A DNA stretch of 64,000 nucleotides from Vicugna vicugna (GCA_013265495.1 MU058423.1:2991061-3055060), one strand, 5' to 3'; shown: positions 36,190 through 51,407, counted from the stretch's first letter. Notes: a model not told the origin generated them from the sequence alone. Made by a program: numbers and translations.

Positions 36190-37600
36190 TCAATTCTAAT
36201 GCGCAGACGACTCTCGATTCCGAGGCGACAACGCCCCTCGCCCTATTTTGGGACGCGGGGTCACGGGCTGCCAAGGGGTCTGCGTTCCGGCCGCCAGTCT
36301 CTCACGCAATCGTCGCGCCCGCTCTTCCTCCGAGTCCGGCTGGTCCTTGGGGCGCTAGCGGGGCGCCGGTCCGCCAGGCGGGTCCCCACCTCACCCCGGC
36401 TTGGGCCCGCCCAGCCGACTCTCCCTTCGGCGCAGGCACCTGCCTGGCCGCCCCGCTCGGCGGGGTCCTGAGGCGCCTCGAGGAAGCGCGGCGATTGGCT
36501 GCGGCTCGGGGCTGGTGCCCGGCTCCAGCGCCGCTTGACAACCGCAGTGTGCGAGAGGCTGAGCAGAGCGGTCGCCGGCCCGGGAGGGGCAGACGGGAGG
36601 AAGGACGGACTGACGAGCTGATGGATTGACGCGCGGGCGGCAGGAGACAGGACCGACGCCGAGCCCGGACCGCCGCCCTCGCTCGCGTTCCCTCTCCAGC
36701 CCGTACCCGGCCGCTTCTGGGCCCGTCCTCCGGCCTCCCCGCCTCTTTCTCCTCCGTCTCTTCACCGGGCTTGTCCCGGAGCCCTCAGGTGAGCGACTCC
36801 GGGAGGCGGAGGCGGGATCGGGCCGCGCTGCACACCTCGGGTTGCCATGGTCACCTGTCGCCACCTGTCACCACCTGACAGGGCTGCGACCCAGGCGACT
36901 CCAAGAGCAGCGTTCGCGGCCCTGGAGAAGGGTCTTGGTTAGGCTGGGGTGCTGACTGGGTGGGGACTGGCGTCCTGGGTGAGGCCCTGGCGCCGATGGA
37001 TGGAGACCTGGGAGCTGCCGGGCCCCGAGTCGAAGCCACCGCTCCTGGACCACACCTTCGTCTCACTGCCAGCCCGGCCCGGGGGGCCGAGCGACGTCTC
37101 TGGCCCTGGCACCGTCCACCCCTGAACAGTAAGCGAGCTCAGGGTTGGTGTCCACTTCACCGTTGCTGCGGGCCGGGAGGGCGGCTGACTGCGCTGATTC
37201 TTCCTTCCTCGCCCCTCTGCCGAGCCCGTGCGACAACCGAGGGGAGCGCTTGCGTCCCTTTCTGGGCACGCCTTGGCCGGGAGGAGGGAAGGGCGCTGCG
37301 GGGCTAGGGCAGCCCCGCGGGGCCCGAGGTTTGGCCTTTTTGACGTCAGTGGTCAGTGAGAGCAGGCCTTTGGGGGTCTGGCCGGGGTCGGGGAGAGGGG
37401 CAGCGACAGGATTTGGAACTCCGGTTGGACCGGGGTCCAGGGTGGGGGCCTGCGTATGAGACACAGGAACGGAAGCCTGTAGAACTCTTAGGGTTAAGCT
37501 GCTTTCTTATACTGGGGGAAAAGAGATTGGGGCTCCAGCACTGGGGCGAGGCCTTGAGCAGAAGGGGCGGGGGCAGGCAGGAGCGGCGTTTGACCAACAT
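36190..37600 (+). promoter_or_regulatory. WDR47 CpG island: CCAAT box (about 36495), X-box GTTGCCATGGTCAC (36841-36854), CRE TGACGTCA (37341-37348)
   Basis: Very high CpG density; motifs read directly. Confidence 0.8.
36540..36788 (+). other. WDR47: WDR47 non-coding exon 1 (5' end approximate)
   Basis: CAG|gtgagc donor at 36789 in CpG island; exon 2 starts 9 nt before the ATG so an upstream exon is required. Confidence 0.7.
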
Positions 37601-39762
37601 TTGATTTTTTTCTTCTCTATAACCAGTCAGTAACAACGCATGGTATCTGAGCAGAGCATTTTTGGCAACTTGGTTCTCTCTGCATAATGAAGAGAGAAGT
37701 CTTTGTTCCACCCAGATTCATAGGTTGTGATCCTAACACTTTTATTTCCTTCTCTTTGTTGCAGACTTCATAGAATGCTTCAAGAAGTTAATGTTACAGA
37801 GGTTAACATCTAGGCTGTAATATGTTCTAAATCTTTTTTTCATAGTAAATCCTAGTAGAATTTTTTTTGTCTCCAGTGTTGGCGTGGGTTGCGTTGAAAT
37901 TTTGTTAGAAAGGAGAAACGCCAAAGAGCCCATTTTTCTTTATGTGGCATATTCTCAGGTCTCATTTAGGAGGAAAATGTAATAAATAATTTTACCTTAG
38001 GTTTTAGGACATGGATTTCTTCCACAAAGAAAGATTATTACAGTGACCAAGCAATTGAGCCGTAACAGTATATTGTTAGGTGAAACACACATATACACAC
38101 ATTTGAATTTAGGTGGCATTATAAACATGTAATTTTTTTGTGTGAAGGAATTTTAGCCTATTTTCCTCCCACCCTCCCACTTCCTAATTCTTGTCTCTCT
38201 TATTAAAAAAAAAAAAAAAGCCAGTGCTAGGGTTATATCGTAAGAAAGCAGGGGTACTGTCCTATGTTCCTAGTTACATAATTGTGTTCAGCCTCTTTTT
38301 CTGTTTGTGAAATTGAGTTTATCAGTTACTTACTGAATAAATACTGTGTGGTATGCTTGATATACGACGCAGTTTGAGAAATGCTTAAATGAATATGAAA
38401 AGATACAGTTTTCCTTAGTAGCTCAGTAAGCCGGAAATCAGATTGCCTGGATTTAAGTTTCCCTCTGTTACTGATGGCAGTCTTGGAAGCGCTACTTACC
38501 CTATTATTGACCCTAATTTCTAGATTTAGGGATAATACCTGCTGTTGTTTTAGTCTGGGAATGAGCTCTGAAGTTGAACAAAATAATGTATTTGAACACA
38601 CTTAGGAAAAAATTTAAGGCATCTGTTGATTACCTTTTAATAGAATGGAGCATTGGCAAGGATAATTAAATTTTTCTGCATGATCTATTTATTTAACATT
38701 TCTAGGTCCTGGACCTTATTTCTTACAGTGGCCTTAAAGGGCTCATGGGAACTATTAAGATGCATTCTTAGTTCTTGGCAGAAGTTCTTCATTGCTGTGG
38801 TGACATGGAGAAAAGGGTGTTTCCTCCCTATATGTGGGTCAGGATTGCTTTCTTGCTTTCATTAGAACGTTCTCATATTTTAGAAAATAAGACTATGGCC
38901 AGTAACTCTGACTTGAGTTTGTTTGGTATTAAATAATCCTCAGTGTGCATCATTGGTTCTTGAATAATCAAGAAATAGTTTATCCCCTCTGACCTATGCT
39001 TTTCAAATAGTAATATTAGAGATATGCTACAGTGTGCTAAAAGATAAATCTGTGGTCACAAAATATGGCACACACTTAAGGCATTGTCATCAATTTCACT
39101 TGAAGACTTGGATAAAAAATGTTTTTATATTAAACAAAAGATATATGGAGAATGCAATATTCACGCTAATTTTAAGGTAAAAGTCAAAGACTTCAAAGAA
39201 ATTTTATGTTTAATTTGTATATTTTGGATATTAACCCCTTATTGAATGTATTATTTGCAAGTTTTTGCAGATTGCATTTTTTAACGTTGTTTGGAAATAG
39301 AATTGGATTGGCTTTCTTTCCACCTTTAGGAAAGCTTTTGAAATGAAATCTGGAAAGTGCAAAAAACGGTGTCTTACAAATAGATGATGATGTAAAACAA
39401 CTTTAGGTGTTTAGGTGTGTTCATTGTACAGTGCCCATGTTATGGGAATTGTTAATTTCACTGTGTACAGTTGTTGATCAGACTTGTGTTCTATTTTAGA
39501 TATTTTAAGAGGAAAATTAACAAATATTCAGAGGAGAATGACCAGAATCATAGGGGATCTGGAAGCTATGTGAAGAATGATTGAAGGGAATAGGGGAATA
39601 GATGTGACTATTGTCACATTCAAACGTGTAAAAATTTTTAACATAACAGACTTGTATGATGCTGACCCTGAAGACATAGCTAGATGAAAGTAGATTTCAA
39701 TTCAATATTAGAATATAAAACAAAATGACTTTTTATGCTTGTGAAAAAAATTGAAGGCATTT

Positions 39763-40324
39763 TGTATTATCTATTGCTGTGTAACAAATTACTCCCAATC
39801 TAAATGGCTTAAAACAGCAAATATTTATCTGTTTTTGAGGGTCAGGAATCTGATCACAGCCCCACTGGGGGTCTTTGATTTAAGATATCTCTCGAGATTG
39901 AAGTAAAGCTGCCATAGGAACTGTGTTCTTACCTGATAACTCAACTTAGGGATGATCTCCTTCTAAGGTCAATGACATGGACTTCTGTTCCTTGTTGGAC
40001 TGACGGCTTCCACTCTTAGTTGGCTGTTGACTGGAAGCTTTCCTCAGTTCGTTGTGTCACTTGGATCTTTCCACAAGCTTGCCTCATGACATGGCAGCTG
40101 GCTTCCCTCAGAGCAAGCAGTCTGAGAGTGGGCACATGCCTGCCCTCAGGATGGATACTACCATCTCCTTAAAAATCTTGGAAGTGACTCCCAGTACTTC
40201 CGCTGTACACTTGAGTAGAAGTAAGTCACCAAATCCAGCCCACATTCAAGGGCTGGGGACCACGAAAGGGTGTAAAATCATTAGTAGTCTCATTAGTGAC
40301 CATCTTAAAGACTGCCTTCCACAG
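39763..40324 (-). mobile_element. MaLR LTR (MLT1 family)
   Basis: attgctgtgtaacaaattactccc...catggcagctggcttccctcagagcaagc motifs. Confidence 0.7.
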
Positions 40325-43300
40325 GTGCCTTGGGGGCATATAGAAATTTTCTGTCATTGGAGGCATTTATGTAGAGGTTGGCAGACCATCTGTCAGAGAT
40401 AAGTGTTCACATATTCTTCACTAAATAAGACCGTGGACTAAGGTAACTTCCAACTCAATTCTATGGTAAATTTATAAATTATAAGGAAGTAGAAAAGGTA
40501 AGGGTGGAGAACTCTAATAGGTAATTTATGTAATATATGCTCTATTGTACTTTCAGTAGTTAATGAATGTATAATTTTTTTTCAGTGCATTTTCAAGTTT
40601 TTGGCACTCTCGGTTCAGCACATTTTCTTATGTTTCTGAGTATACTGCTGTATGGTAGCTATAGTCCTATACCTACTGACAAACCATTTTTATGTAGTTC
40701 AGTATTTGAAGCATACTCAGATATCTTAAGTTCTATTTTTCTCACTGAAAACAAAAAATTAAGTATGGGTGTAAAAAAAGAACATGAAGGATAATTTTAG
40801 TCTGTTTTACAAAGCATTCTTTTGGTACCTTGGCTTTAGGTGTGACAGAAATTATACTAGAAATTTCATCATATAATAAAGGGTGGAATTGTGTTCTTAG
40901 GTAAAGCATCCCTTTTACCACACGTAAGGTAAAAACATACAAACAAATAAGCAAATAAAGAATACTGTATTAATTTATATGACTGTTGTACTTTGATCTT
41001 TGTTTATATAGATTTATTTTGTGATTTGAGTTTAAAATTATTTTTATTACAAATAGTAGTCTTAAAACATTCTACATTTCTTATTAAATGTGTTTCTATA
41101 GGATGAATCTTTGCTTAATAAATATTTGAATTTTTACCTTGAGCTGCTGCGATAACTTAAGGAATAAACTGTGGAAAACTCCTTTAATTCTTCTCATGAT
41201 TCTTACCTGAAGCTTTTGGCTGGGAGTCAGCAGACCTTGACCTCTTAGTTCTTAGCTCTGCCTAATGTCTAATAATAATTCTATAATCAAGTGGCATTGT
41301 TACTAGTAAGTAGGATTCACATTTTGAATTGTTTTAAAGAAGGGAGTGGCTTTGGTCTGTCCAAACTTAACCCACCAGGTTTCTCTTGAGATTAGTGACA
41401 CCATTTGTGAGCTTTCTGACTGGAAAAGTATTTAATCTGAGACTGAAGAATTCAGCAGAGGTCTGATAGGCCTTAAACAGATCCACTGAACCACGCTCTA
41501 AACAAATGAGCTGAAAGAGTGTATAATTTAAGAATAAAATAAAATTTTCTACATATTTTCTTTTTAGACCTAAAATTCTTTTACCATAAATTCACATCCT
41601 TATTTTGCTTTTGGTTGTGCTCCAAAACCTAAATTATGTTCAGTAATAAAGCACTGTAGCAACACATTATGAAAATTTATCTAGATTTATCTAGATTTCC
41701 CCATATTTGGTATAGTTTTTCAAAGATATTTTAAAATCTGAAGTTCGTTTTAAACTTGAAAGTCAAAAAGCTAAACTTTAGGGTGCTTAGATCTAAATAT
41801 TTCTCTTTTTTTTTTTCTTTTCTGGAGGTTCCCTTCCCTCCTGGCAGTTTTAATACTGCTTATATTTTGGTGACAGTATTCATTTAGATAACATAATTTA
41901 AAAATTAAGTGGGGTTTTATTCAGTAAGGGTTAGATTTATTCTATTAGACCTGGAGAGATCTTTTAAAATAAAAAGTAATCTTTAATTTAATTTTAGTAT
42001 CTTATACATCTTAATACTTTGGTTTCTGTAGCTAAGTGTGTGTTTAAAAGTCTGGTTAGATTGTTATTAATACAGACTTCTAGCTTATTTATGTAACCTT
42101 TAACATTGTTAAATAGAAAAATAATATGAAAAATCATAGAACTGGGTACCTCTCTTGGAATAATTTTTAAATATTATTTCAATACTATGAAGGTTTTTCA
42201 TTTTGGCATATTTAGGTGACTCTATATCCATTTTATGTTTTTCTTTGTTTTTGTAAAATATCATTGCCCTTCCCTTTCTTGGGAATCAGTGTGATACAGA
42301 AAGAATTTTAGAATCTGGTCAATTTATGGTTTCAATCTTGGCCTAGGGTTGTAAATTTTGTCTACTCTATTTCCTTCCTTCTCTCCCTTCCAATTTCTCT
42401 CTTGGTGTCTGTCTCTCTTTGCCTCTCCTGTCTCTATTTCTGTTTCTCTTTCAGAGTTAAATTCTAATTTTCATTGTTAAAAATTTAGGATATGAATTGG
42501 GGAGGAGGAGATAATTTCTTGCCTGACTGTCAAGATAAGTTTAAGGAACTAATGAAAAATTGATCTAGAAATTAAATATGTATATTTGCCTCCTCTTTGC
42601 CCCTTTGTTTTGTTACACTGTTGAATAGGTTCTGTCTCGTACTTTTTAAAGAGTTTTCCTGGGTGGTGTTGATATGGATGCTGATACCAGGATTTATGTC
42701 CTGACACACTTGTGAAAGAAGTATTCAGCTGCTAGTGAGATACATGTTTAGCACTAATATAAATATTGGGCTAATTTCTTAACCTTACAAAGCTTAGTAT
42801 CTTTATCTGTAAAATGGGGATGAAATTGCCAATGTCATAAGATTGTTAGAAAGATCAATTAAACAATGTAAGTGAATATCCTAGAATAGTTTTTGTGCAC
42901 AATAATTTTTGCATTGTAATCATAGAGTTAATCCTATCTTTGGGATTCTACTCTAGCTGGTACCTTGATGTAGAAAAGAACCTTTGAGATCTAATTCTAT
43001 AATTTATTTTCATTTTCATAGTTTTTTCTCTATAAAGTTAAAAATTTTATTCATATAAGAAATGTATATGTAAACATATGAGTAATGTATGAATATGTAT
43101 TGGTTGTAAACCATTCAGATAATACAGAAGATAAAGGCTAAAAAAAACCTCTTCAATCCATTTGCCTTCCTAGTTCCCTGCCCTCTATCCAATCTCATTC
43201 CTCTTTTCAGAGATAACCACTCTACAAACAGTTTGATATATATCCCTCCAGACCTTTCTTTGTCATTTATTTAGACACAGAGATATCATACTCTCCTTTT

Positions 43301-46300
43301 TTTTTAAAAAAAAAAGAAGCCTATTTATTTTCATCCGTTCAGCAAATATTTACTGATAGTTATATTGTTTTGTGATGTGCCTTTTCATTGTTAAGATGTA
43401 TAGGTCGACATCATTGTGTTGTTAGTATTCTACAGTATGAATTTACCGTAACTTAACAATTCTCCTATTGATGGGAGCTCAGTTTATTTCTAGTTTTTCT
43501 TTATTGTAAGCAAATCTTAAGGAACATCTTTGTATATTTATAGACTTGCATGTATTTTTGCAGAATAGGTTCCTAGAAGTAGAATTGGATTTGGTGAGTC
43601 AAAGAGTATACACATTTAAAATTTTTGTAGATAAAAATTTTATGCTGTCAAATTTTCTCAAAAAGTCTGTCCCAATTTATATTCTTACTACACTGTATGA
43701 AAGGTCATTTACCCACACTCCTGCTAACACTAGATACTATCATGTCTTTTTAATTTTTGCAAAGCTGGTAGGTCATAAATGGTATCTTATTTTAATATCA
43801 CTAGTGAAGTTGAACCTCTTTTCATAAATTTATTGACCATTTGTAGTTTTGTGAATTGTTTGTATTTTTTGCACATTGTTCAACTGGAATTTTGGGGGAG
43901 ATACTGATGCTATTTTTATGTTCTAGATGGTAACCATTTAACTGTGTGTCGTGCTTAGTCCTAGTTTGTCCCTTGTCTTTTAACTTAGTTTATGGCAACT
44001 TCTGTTAAATGGAAGATTTACATTTTACACTTTTAGTGTCAGATTTGGCAGTTTTAAAATTTACATTTTCTGGTTTTTTATGTGACTTAATTACACAGCC
44101 TGTGTCTGCTTATCTTGTAAATTTTTAGTACTTTGGTAATTAAATATATTTTAAAATATTTATGTGTTTGAATATGAAAAGAACACAAATACTTTAATCT
44201 TATAAAGAAAGACTGAAATAATATTTGAATCAGATCTGAAGTCTCAGGTTATGAAAAAATACAGATCAGTCTGAAATGTTATTACTTCATTATATACATA
44301 TTGAATACATTATATTCATTATATTTCTAATTCTTTCCAGTTATTTGCAATTGGAAATTCATTACTTATGTTTCATATGCATTTTTTTTTTGAAATAGAT
44401 AATAGTTGTGCATGGTACAAAATTCAAAAGATACAAAAGGGTATATAGTGAAAAGTCTTCTTTCATTTCTATTCTCTATTATCCAATTTTCCTTCTTGGA
44501 GACAATCATTTTTATCAATTTCTTGTGTCTTTTTCCAGAGATATTTTATGCATGTACATAACATATTGTTTATGTTAATTGATTCTTTTCTTTTTATAGC
44601 TATGTAAAGCTGCACCTGCTTTAAACATAATTTCTTCTTTACGCCAAAAATCATTCACAGGTCCAGAAGGTAAATTAAAATAATTGATGAATAGAGAACA
44701 GCTGTCAAGAGTAAGAAGGCACACATGCTGCAGAAACGTTAGCTGATTAGCAGACATGACAGAGCTTTGCAGTTAGAAGGACTTTTCTTTTGTTTGTTTA
44801 CTTAAATGATCTAACACAAATCTATTTTCTCTCTTCTTTTTGAGCTGACCTTAGGATCAGAGACTTCTGATTATTCCAGGCTCGATGTTTCCCCTTAAGG
44901 ATATATACTTCCTGTTATTGAAATGTGAATTAAAACAAGTTATAAAACTTGAAGGGAAATCATACAAATTAGCCAAACGAACCCTCTTATTTTATGAATG
45001 AAGAAATTAAGGCCTATAGAAATTGACATAGTGTCCCATTTATATTCCTGAAGGATCAGACGGTAGCAAATAAATGATCTGGCAGCAACGTAAGTTTTTG
45101 TAATGCTATTTTATTAAAGAGATAGCTGGCAAATCCTCCCTACCCTCCTCTTTTTAGAGGAAAAGGGGCAGTGGTCTTATGTTGCAGTTGGTATTTTTGT
45201 TAAAAATCACTTTCTTATCTGTATTTTTGCCCCTAAGCTGGACTGGTAAAGCACTATTTTTTAGTGTTAAGCACTCTGTAATTCTTGGAAGGTTAAAGAG
45301 AGTAGTTTTTATTGTTCAGGATAGAGTTAGGGGTTAATGGAGCCTTTCTTAAGTACTTTTTTTCTTGACTATGAAATTTATAATGGCTATGCCTTAATTG
45401 CCTTAGTCTTATGCTTCTGAATCATTCTTAGCCTTGTGCATTTTTCTTCCTTCCTAATCCGTATTATAAGTAACTAAAATAACTAATTGCAAAGGAACAT
45501 TTAAATATCTATTTGTATCTGTCTAGAAAGTTACCAGTGATAATTTTTTCATGAAACCTTTTCCATATCTATGGATGAAAATATACATGGAAGTCAATAT
45601 ATTTCTATTGTCATTCTTTCTTTCTTATCTATTGTTAACATTTTACCTTTATCTTAGATTTGTAAAAATAATTTTATTTCTTGCCCACTAATACCTTCTT
45701 CTAATCTTGATTCACCAAAATAGTAATCAGTAGGACTCCATATAGAGACCCCATCTGGAGTTTAGTTTCTGTAGGTGTTAATTGTATCTTAGTACTAAAA
45801 TACTAACCACTTTCCAGCTGGTTTCCAGATATATTTATTTTTAAAGAAAACTCTTTATTTTCTTGCCTCACTTAGTCCAGATATTGGATGTAAGTAAAAA
45901 TTTATTTCTTAAAGGAAAATTCATAAAGTCCTTGTTTTTGTGATTTTTTTACAGTAAATTTATCATTTAATATGGAAACACTGAAACATTCTGATTTTCC
46001 CCATTTTGTTTTCTGTTTTCAGTGGAATACACTTTATTGTTGGTCCTACGTAAATTCTTCCTGGTGAGTAATTGTTCACATGTACTGTGGGCTGACAAGT
46101 CTACCTAAGATGTTATCAAGGCTGACTTTGGCTAAACAGACTGATTGAAGGGCCAGCACTTTATGCTTTTGAATGGCTTTTAGAACAGTGGGAAACAAAA
46201 TCATCTACTCTGTAGTTTTTAAGAGACATTTCTTCATTGATTTTTTTGCATCTTAATTCAGTTAACAATTATGAACATTTATTATGTCCTGTACATTTCA

Positions 46301-48302
46301 TTTAAAAAATAATTTTAGTGGTTCCTAAGCTAGTTAAGTCTTACTGATATGTAGCTCCCTGAGGAGAGGGAAAGAGGCATTTATTATTGAATTCTACTCC
46401 TCTGAATTAGAGAAAAATTCTCATTTTGTAGTGATTAATAGTTCAAGGAGATTAAAAACTGTTCATGAATTATGCTTTTATGTATTTTATGTGTATAGTG
46501 TATCTAATTTCTGAATTACATAGCTAGGATTTTGAGAGCCTTTACAAATATTTCAGTAAACACAGAGTGTGTTAGAAAAGAATAATTCTAGGATGTAGTC
46601 ATTAAGCATATGCCTATGTTTTATGTTGTATCCAGCAATGGTAAAGTTTATAAGAACTGAAGTTCTGGATTGGGTGATTAAAGTATGCTTTTCTACCGGG
46701 AATTTTACAGTATAGAATTAAAACTTGTCTTTTTAATTAATTTTTTAAAAACCCTGAACAGTTCTAGGTTAATTAAGATGTATTGTCTGTATCCAAAAAT
46801 CTAAATATAAAGTCAGTGTAAAATATATGTTTGTAAGAATGTATCCTTTTCTTAGGCTTTATTGAATAAAAATGATGGCAGCATGAAACTTAAAGTCGTG
46901 ATTTAACTGGGACTGTGGCCATAGATTCAGAGTAACTCCAGAGTTACATAATATTAGACTGATTATTGAGTAATATGAGACCTATAAAATGTTTACTGCC
47001 TTTGTGTGTACTGAACAACATTAGAAAGTTATAGTCTCAATTCTGTACTAAGTTCTGTGATTGTTATATGGAGATTTAAGTGAAGTGCTTTCTAAGAACT
47101 TAGAGATTGAAGGGAGGTTATAATTAAGAGTCAAAGTAGTAAAAGTCATTCTTTAGCTAGTAAGAATTATCTGAAGATTTGAGGTGTGCTAAAATTGCTA
47201 ATCAGTGTTCTCTAAGTAAACTTAGACAGTTCTGAAATACCAGGATTTACTGAGTGGAAATATCATTTTATTGAATCCTCTTTTGTACAGAGTCTGTGAA
47301 CAGAAGGGTGGTCAGCTCAGGATAGCAAAGGGAGACTCAAACTGTGAGGAATTGGGCAGCTGTCTTGTCGAGGGAGACAGATTTGTGATTTGTCTGGTTC
47401 CTGAGGCAGGCATGTCCTTGTTGTAGAGACGGTTGTATGAGTTTAGTCTGATGTCATTAAATATTTGAGTCTTATAATTATTTTCTCATGCTCTGTCTCT
47501 TGTTTACTTTACCACCTTCTCTACCTAAGAGAGAAAATACACTCATCCGATGAACATTCTGTTCTGCTAGACATTTGCACTTCTCATTATTGAGAAATAG
47601 CTTGTCAAAATAGTAGACAAGTTGGAAAAATAAACTTGTGTGCACACATGTATATATTTATGTTTCTGTGAGTCTGGTTAAAGATAATTGGTCCTGTGAG
47701 AAAGAGATGTGTACAGTCTGTTTCATCTAATGAAGTTTCTTTGCAGTTAGTCCCCCCTAGCCTGGTAGTCTTTTGTGTTGCTCCGAGCCTGTACATTTGA
47801 AAACTGCAGCAATATAGGCCATTTACCTTGTGTGGTGTCATCTTTAAAATGAGAATGTTGAGCTAATGATCTTCAGCATTCCTCCTAGCTCTAATTCTTC
47901 ATAAATTAACCTATGTGCTCAATTGTATCACTGCAGACTTACAGGTAAGAGAAGGGATTTGAGACAGCTGAAGTATCATTGACGTTTAGGTAATAGCACC
48001 AATATGACTTAAAGGTACACGTTTTAACTATCCTTGTTTTGTTTCCGAAGTATAGGGTACAACCCTTCACATGTTGCTGCTACACTCTGTAAGCTTCTCA
48101 GGGATAGGGCTAGTGTGTCCTGAGTACAGGACGGTGTCTATCACAGAGAAAAAACAATGAGTGGTTATTGAATGAATGTATTAGGACATATCTAGGGCAA
48201 AATGTTTAGGACATAGCTAAACATGATTTGATTATTAGTGACTTTTAAAAATATTCTTTATTATGACATATTTTAAACATATGTATGAATAGGCAGAATA
48301 TT

Positions 48303-48656
48303 ATCTTAGTCTATTTGGGATGCTTTAACAGAATACCATAGACTAGGTGGCTTATAAATAGCAGAAATTTATTGCTCACAGTTTGGGATGCTGGAAGTCT
48401 GAGATCAAGATGCTAGCATGGTCAGGTTCTGGTGAGAGCCCTCTTCCTAGTTGCAGACTGCTGCATTTTCATTGTACTGTACAAGGCAGAGGGCGGAGCT
48501 AGCTTTCTGGGGTCTCTCTTATAAGGGCTCTAATCCCAGTCATGAGGGCTCTGCCCTTATTACCTGATCACCTCTCAAAGGCTTCACCTCCTAATAGTAT
48601 TATTTTGGGGGCCGGGATTTCAAATTTGGGAGGACACCAACCTTCAGACCATAGCA
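48303..48656 (-). mobile_element. MaLR LTR (MLT1A-like)
   Basis: aacagaataccatagactaggtggcttataaa...ttcagaccatagca. Confidence 0.8.
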
Positions 48657-49094
48657 AATATAATGAACCTCCATTACCTATTACCCCACTTTATTATTTT
48701 TTAAAAATTGATTAATTAATTAAAAAAATTTTTGACAGGAGAGGTAATTACCATTACCCCACTTTAGTAGTCATGATTATTGTTTTATCTTTATTTCCTC
48801 CCATTTGCATCTTCTTATATTATTTTTGAAGCAAATCAGATTTTACATTATTTAATCTGTAATTCCAATGTGTATCTCTTAAAGATAAGGACTTGTCATA
48901 GCCATACCTACATCACACCTTAAAGAATGTCTTGGTTTTGACAAATATTAAATTATTTCACTTCAGAATTATTTCACTTTCACCTGTACTAAGTATTTCC
49001 AAGAAACTTGTTATGTATAGTTTCCAGAGAGTTAATAACACTTAGAAATAAAATGATAAGACTAATTTTTGTTTTTGCTTTGTTTAATATTTAG

Positions 49095-49310
<216 letters not shown>

Positions 49311-50871
49311 TAAGTATTAATAAGGTAATCGGTACAATACACGTAGATCTTTCTAACCTTAAAAGACTAAATATGATTTTTTTTAAATGTTTTGTTTTTA
49401 TAATGAACATTTACAAAATAAAATTTTCTATAGAATGTTTTCAGGTGGAAGATCCAGAGATTTATTAAAAAAAGAAAGAAAGAAAGAGTCACAACTCCAT
49501 TGTAGTTGTGGCATCATCATAAAAGATATTTGATTCAGAAATTAGAGACTCTGGAAAGTTAAAGAAAATATTTCTGAAATACCATTTTTTAGCCATAGAA
49601 ATAAAACATACTCATTGTATAAGCATATTCCTTGTATAAAATATAGAAAAATAAAGAAGAAAAATCACCCCACCATCCAGATACACTACTGATAATTTGC
49701 TGTGCACATTAAAAAAACACAGTAATTTTGTTGCGTCTGTAATTTTATGTCCTGCTTTATCCTTTAATATCTTAAGGATTCTCTGTGTGATTACAGATTT
49801 ATGCTTTGAAAATTTTTGATTCACTTAATTTCCTAATGATTCTCCTATTTTTAGACAACTAAATTATTCCAATTTTTTTTAAATGCTCGACTGAGCATCT
49901 TTTATACATATGACTTTTTCTGTATCTTGGATTATTTTCTTAGAACAAGATTCTTGGAGGTGGAATTACAGAGCAAAAGGGAGTTAATGTGTTTGCCAAA
50001 ATGGAGAGCTAAATATGTCCTTACTTGAATTGGATGGAAAAAGAAAAACCCGAATTTCCAGACAGAAATGTGTTTTATGCTTATGTGGTACCAAATGTCC
50101 TTGACAAGGGATACAGATTCTTGGATATGTAGCATTTTGTGACTAGGAAAGCCTTAAGAAATGAAATGTTTCTAACTCATGAAGAAAGAACCTTTTAAAA
50201 AGCTTTATTATATTAGGGGAGTTTATTTAAACTTATTACATTACCCTGTATTTGGTATTATGAATGTCTTTCAGCCCCAGGGAGCTTAGTCAATGATATG
50301 GTCAGGAACCAGTACTGAGGCAGAATTAAGACCCTGTCTTTCAAGCATTGCTACTCCTGGAATTTAGCAGCAGCTCTCAGATATCCCCCTGCAGAAACCT
50401 GTTGGTTTGTGATGAAATTTTAGTGGTCTGAGGTAATATGCAAAAAATTATAGAACAGTAAGTTTTTCATTAAATTAAATGTATTCATCTTAAAGGGCTG
50501 GCTTTTGAAATTGTGTCCTTCCTACTTTTTAAATATTGAAATGTCCCTTTATAAAATGACTATGATCTATATTATGATTGCTTTTTATTAATATTCATTC
50601 TTTGCAGAATCGAAAGTTGGCAATCCTGTGTAGATCCTCCTGCCCGTTTCTTCCTTTTTAAACTTTACTGTTCTAAAAATGCATGAGTAGGGAAATTACT
50701 ATTATAAAAGAGGAACAGCAATATGAATGCCGTATAACTTTTGGAAGTTATAAGTTCTTTTCCCATAGACCACTTAAATAGGATGAAACCTTATCTTATT
50801 CCTTACTATTTTCATTATCAGAATATAAACTTTAGTGTCAAATGTCTCAAAGATAGATAATTCACAGTTTA

Positions 50872-51085
50872 GAGCAAGGTTTCTCAACCTAACATTTAGG
50901 GCCAGATAATTATTTGTTGTGTAAGTGTGGGAGTTGTCTTGTGCATTGTGGAATGTTTAGTAGCATCTCTGACCTATACCCAGAAGTTGCCAGTAGCACC
51001 ACAGTTGTGACAACCAAGAATGTCCCCGGACAGTGCCAGATGTCTCTAGGGGGCAAAATTGTCCCCAGCTGAGAATCACTGATTC
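50872..51085. mobile_element. MER20 hAT DNA transposon
   Basis: ggtttctcaacct...gtgcattgtggaatgtttagtagcatc...tgagaatcactg. Confidence 0.8.
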
Positions 51086-51407
51086 AGTGAGACTGAAACC
51101 TACCCACACTGGCCCCTAAATAACACAGAGTAACTTTAAACTGTAAGATAAATAGGGAAATAAAGGAACTTTTAGACTTAGTCCAGTGCTTTTACTTAGG
51201 TAAAAAGACATATTTTAGAATAAGGAGTGGGTGCAGATTCACAAATTCTTCTCAAATAGTATATGTTGTTACAAATAAGTTGTGAAAAAGTTTATTATAG
51301 TGGCTGAGGAACCAAGTAAAATGTTAATGTCATTACTTGCTTTGTGAATTTCTGTTGCTATCTTGTCATCTATTCTGCTTTTAATTAGGGTGACACAAAT
51401 ATGATAG

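Noticed and set aside
36102..37711. Many overlapping ORFs up to 175 aa
   Set aside because: Low-complexity translations of the WDR47 CpG island
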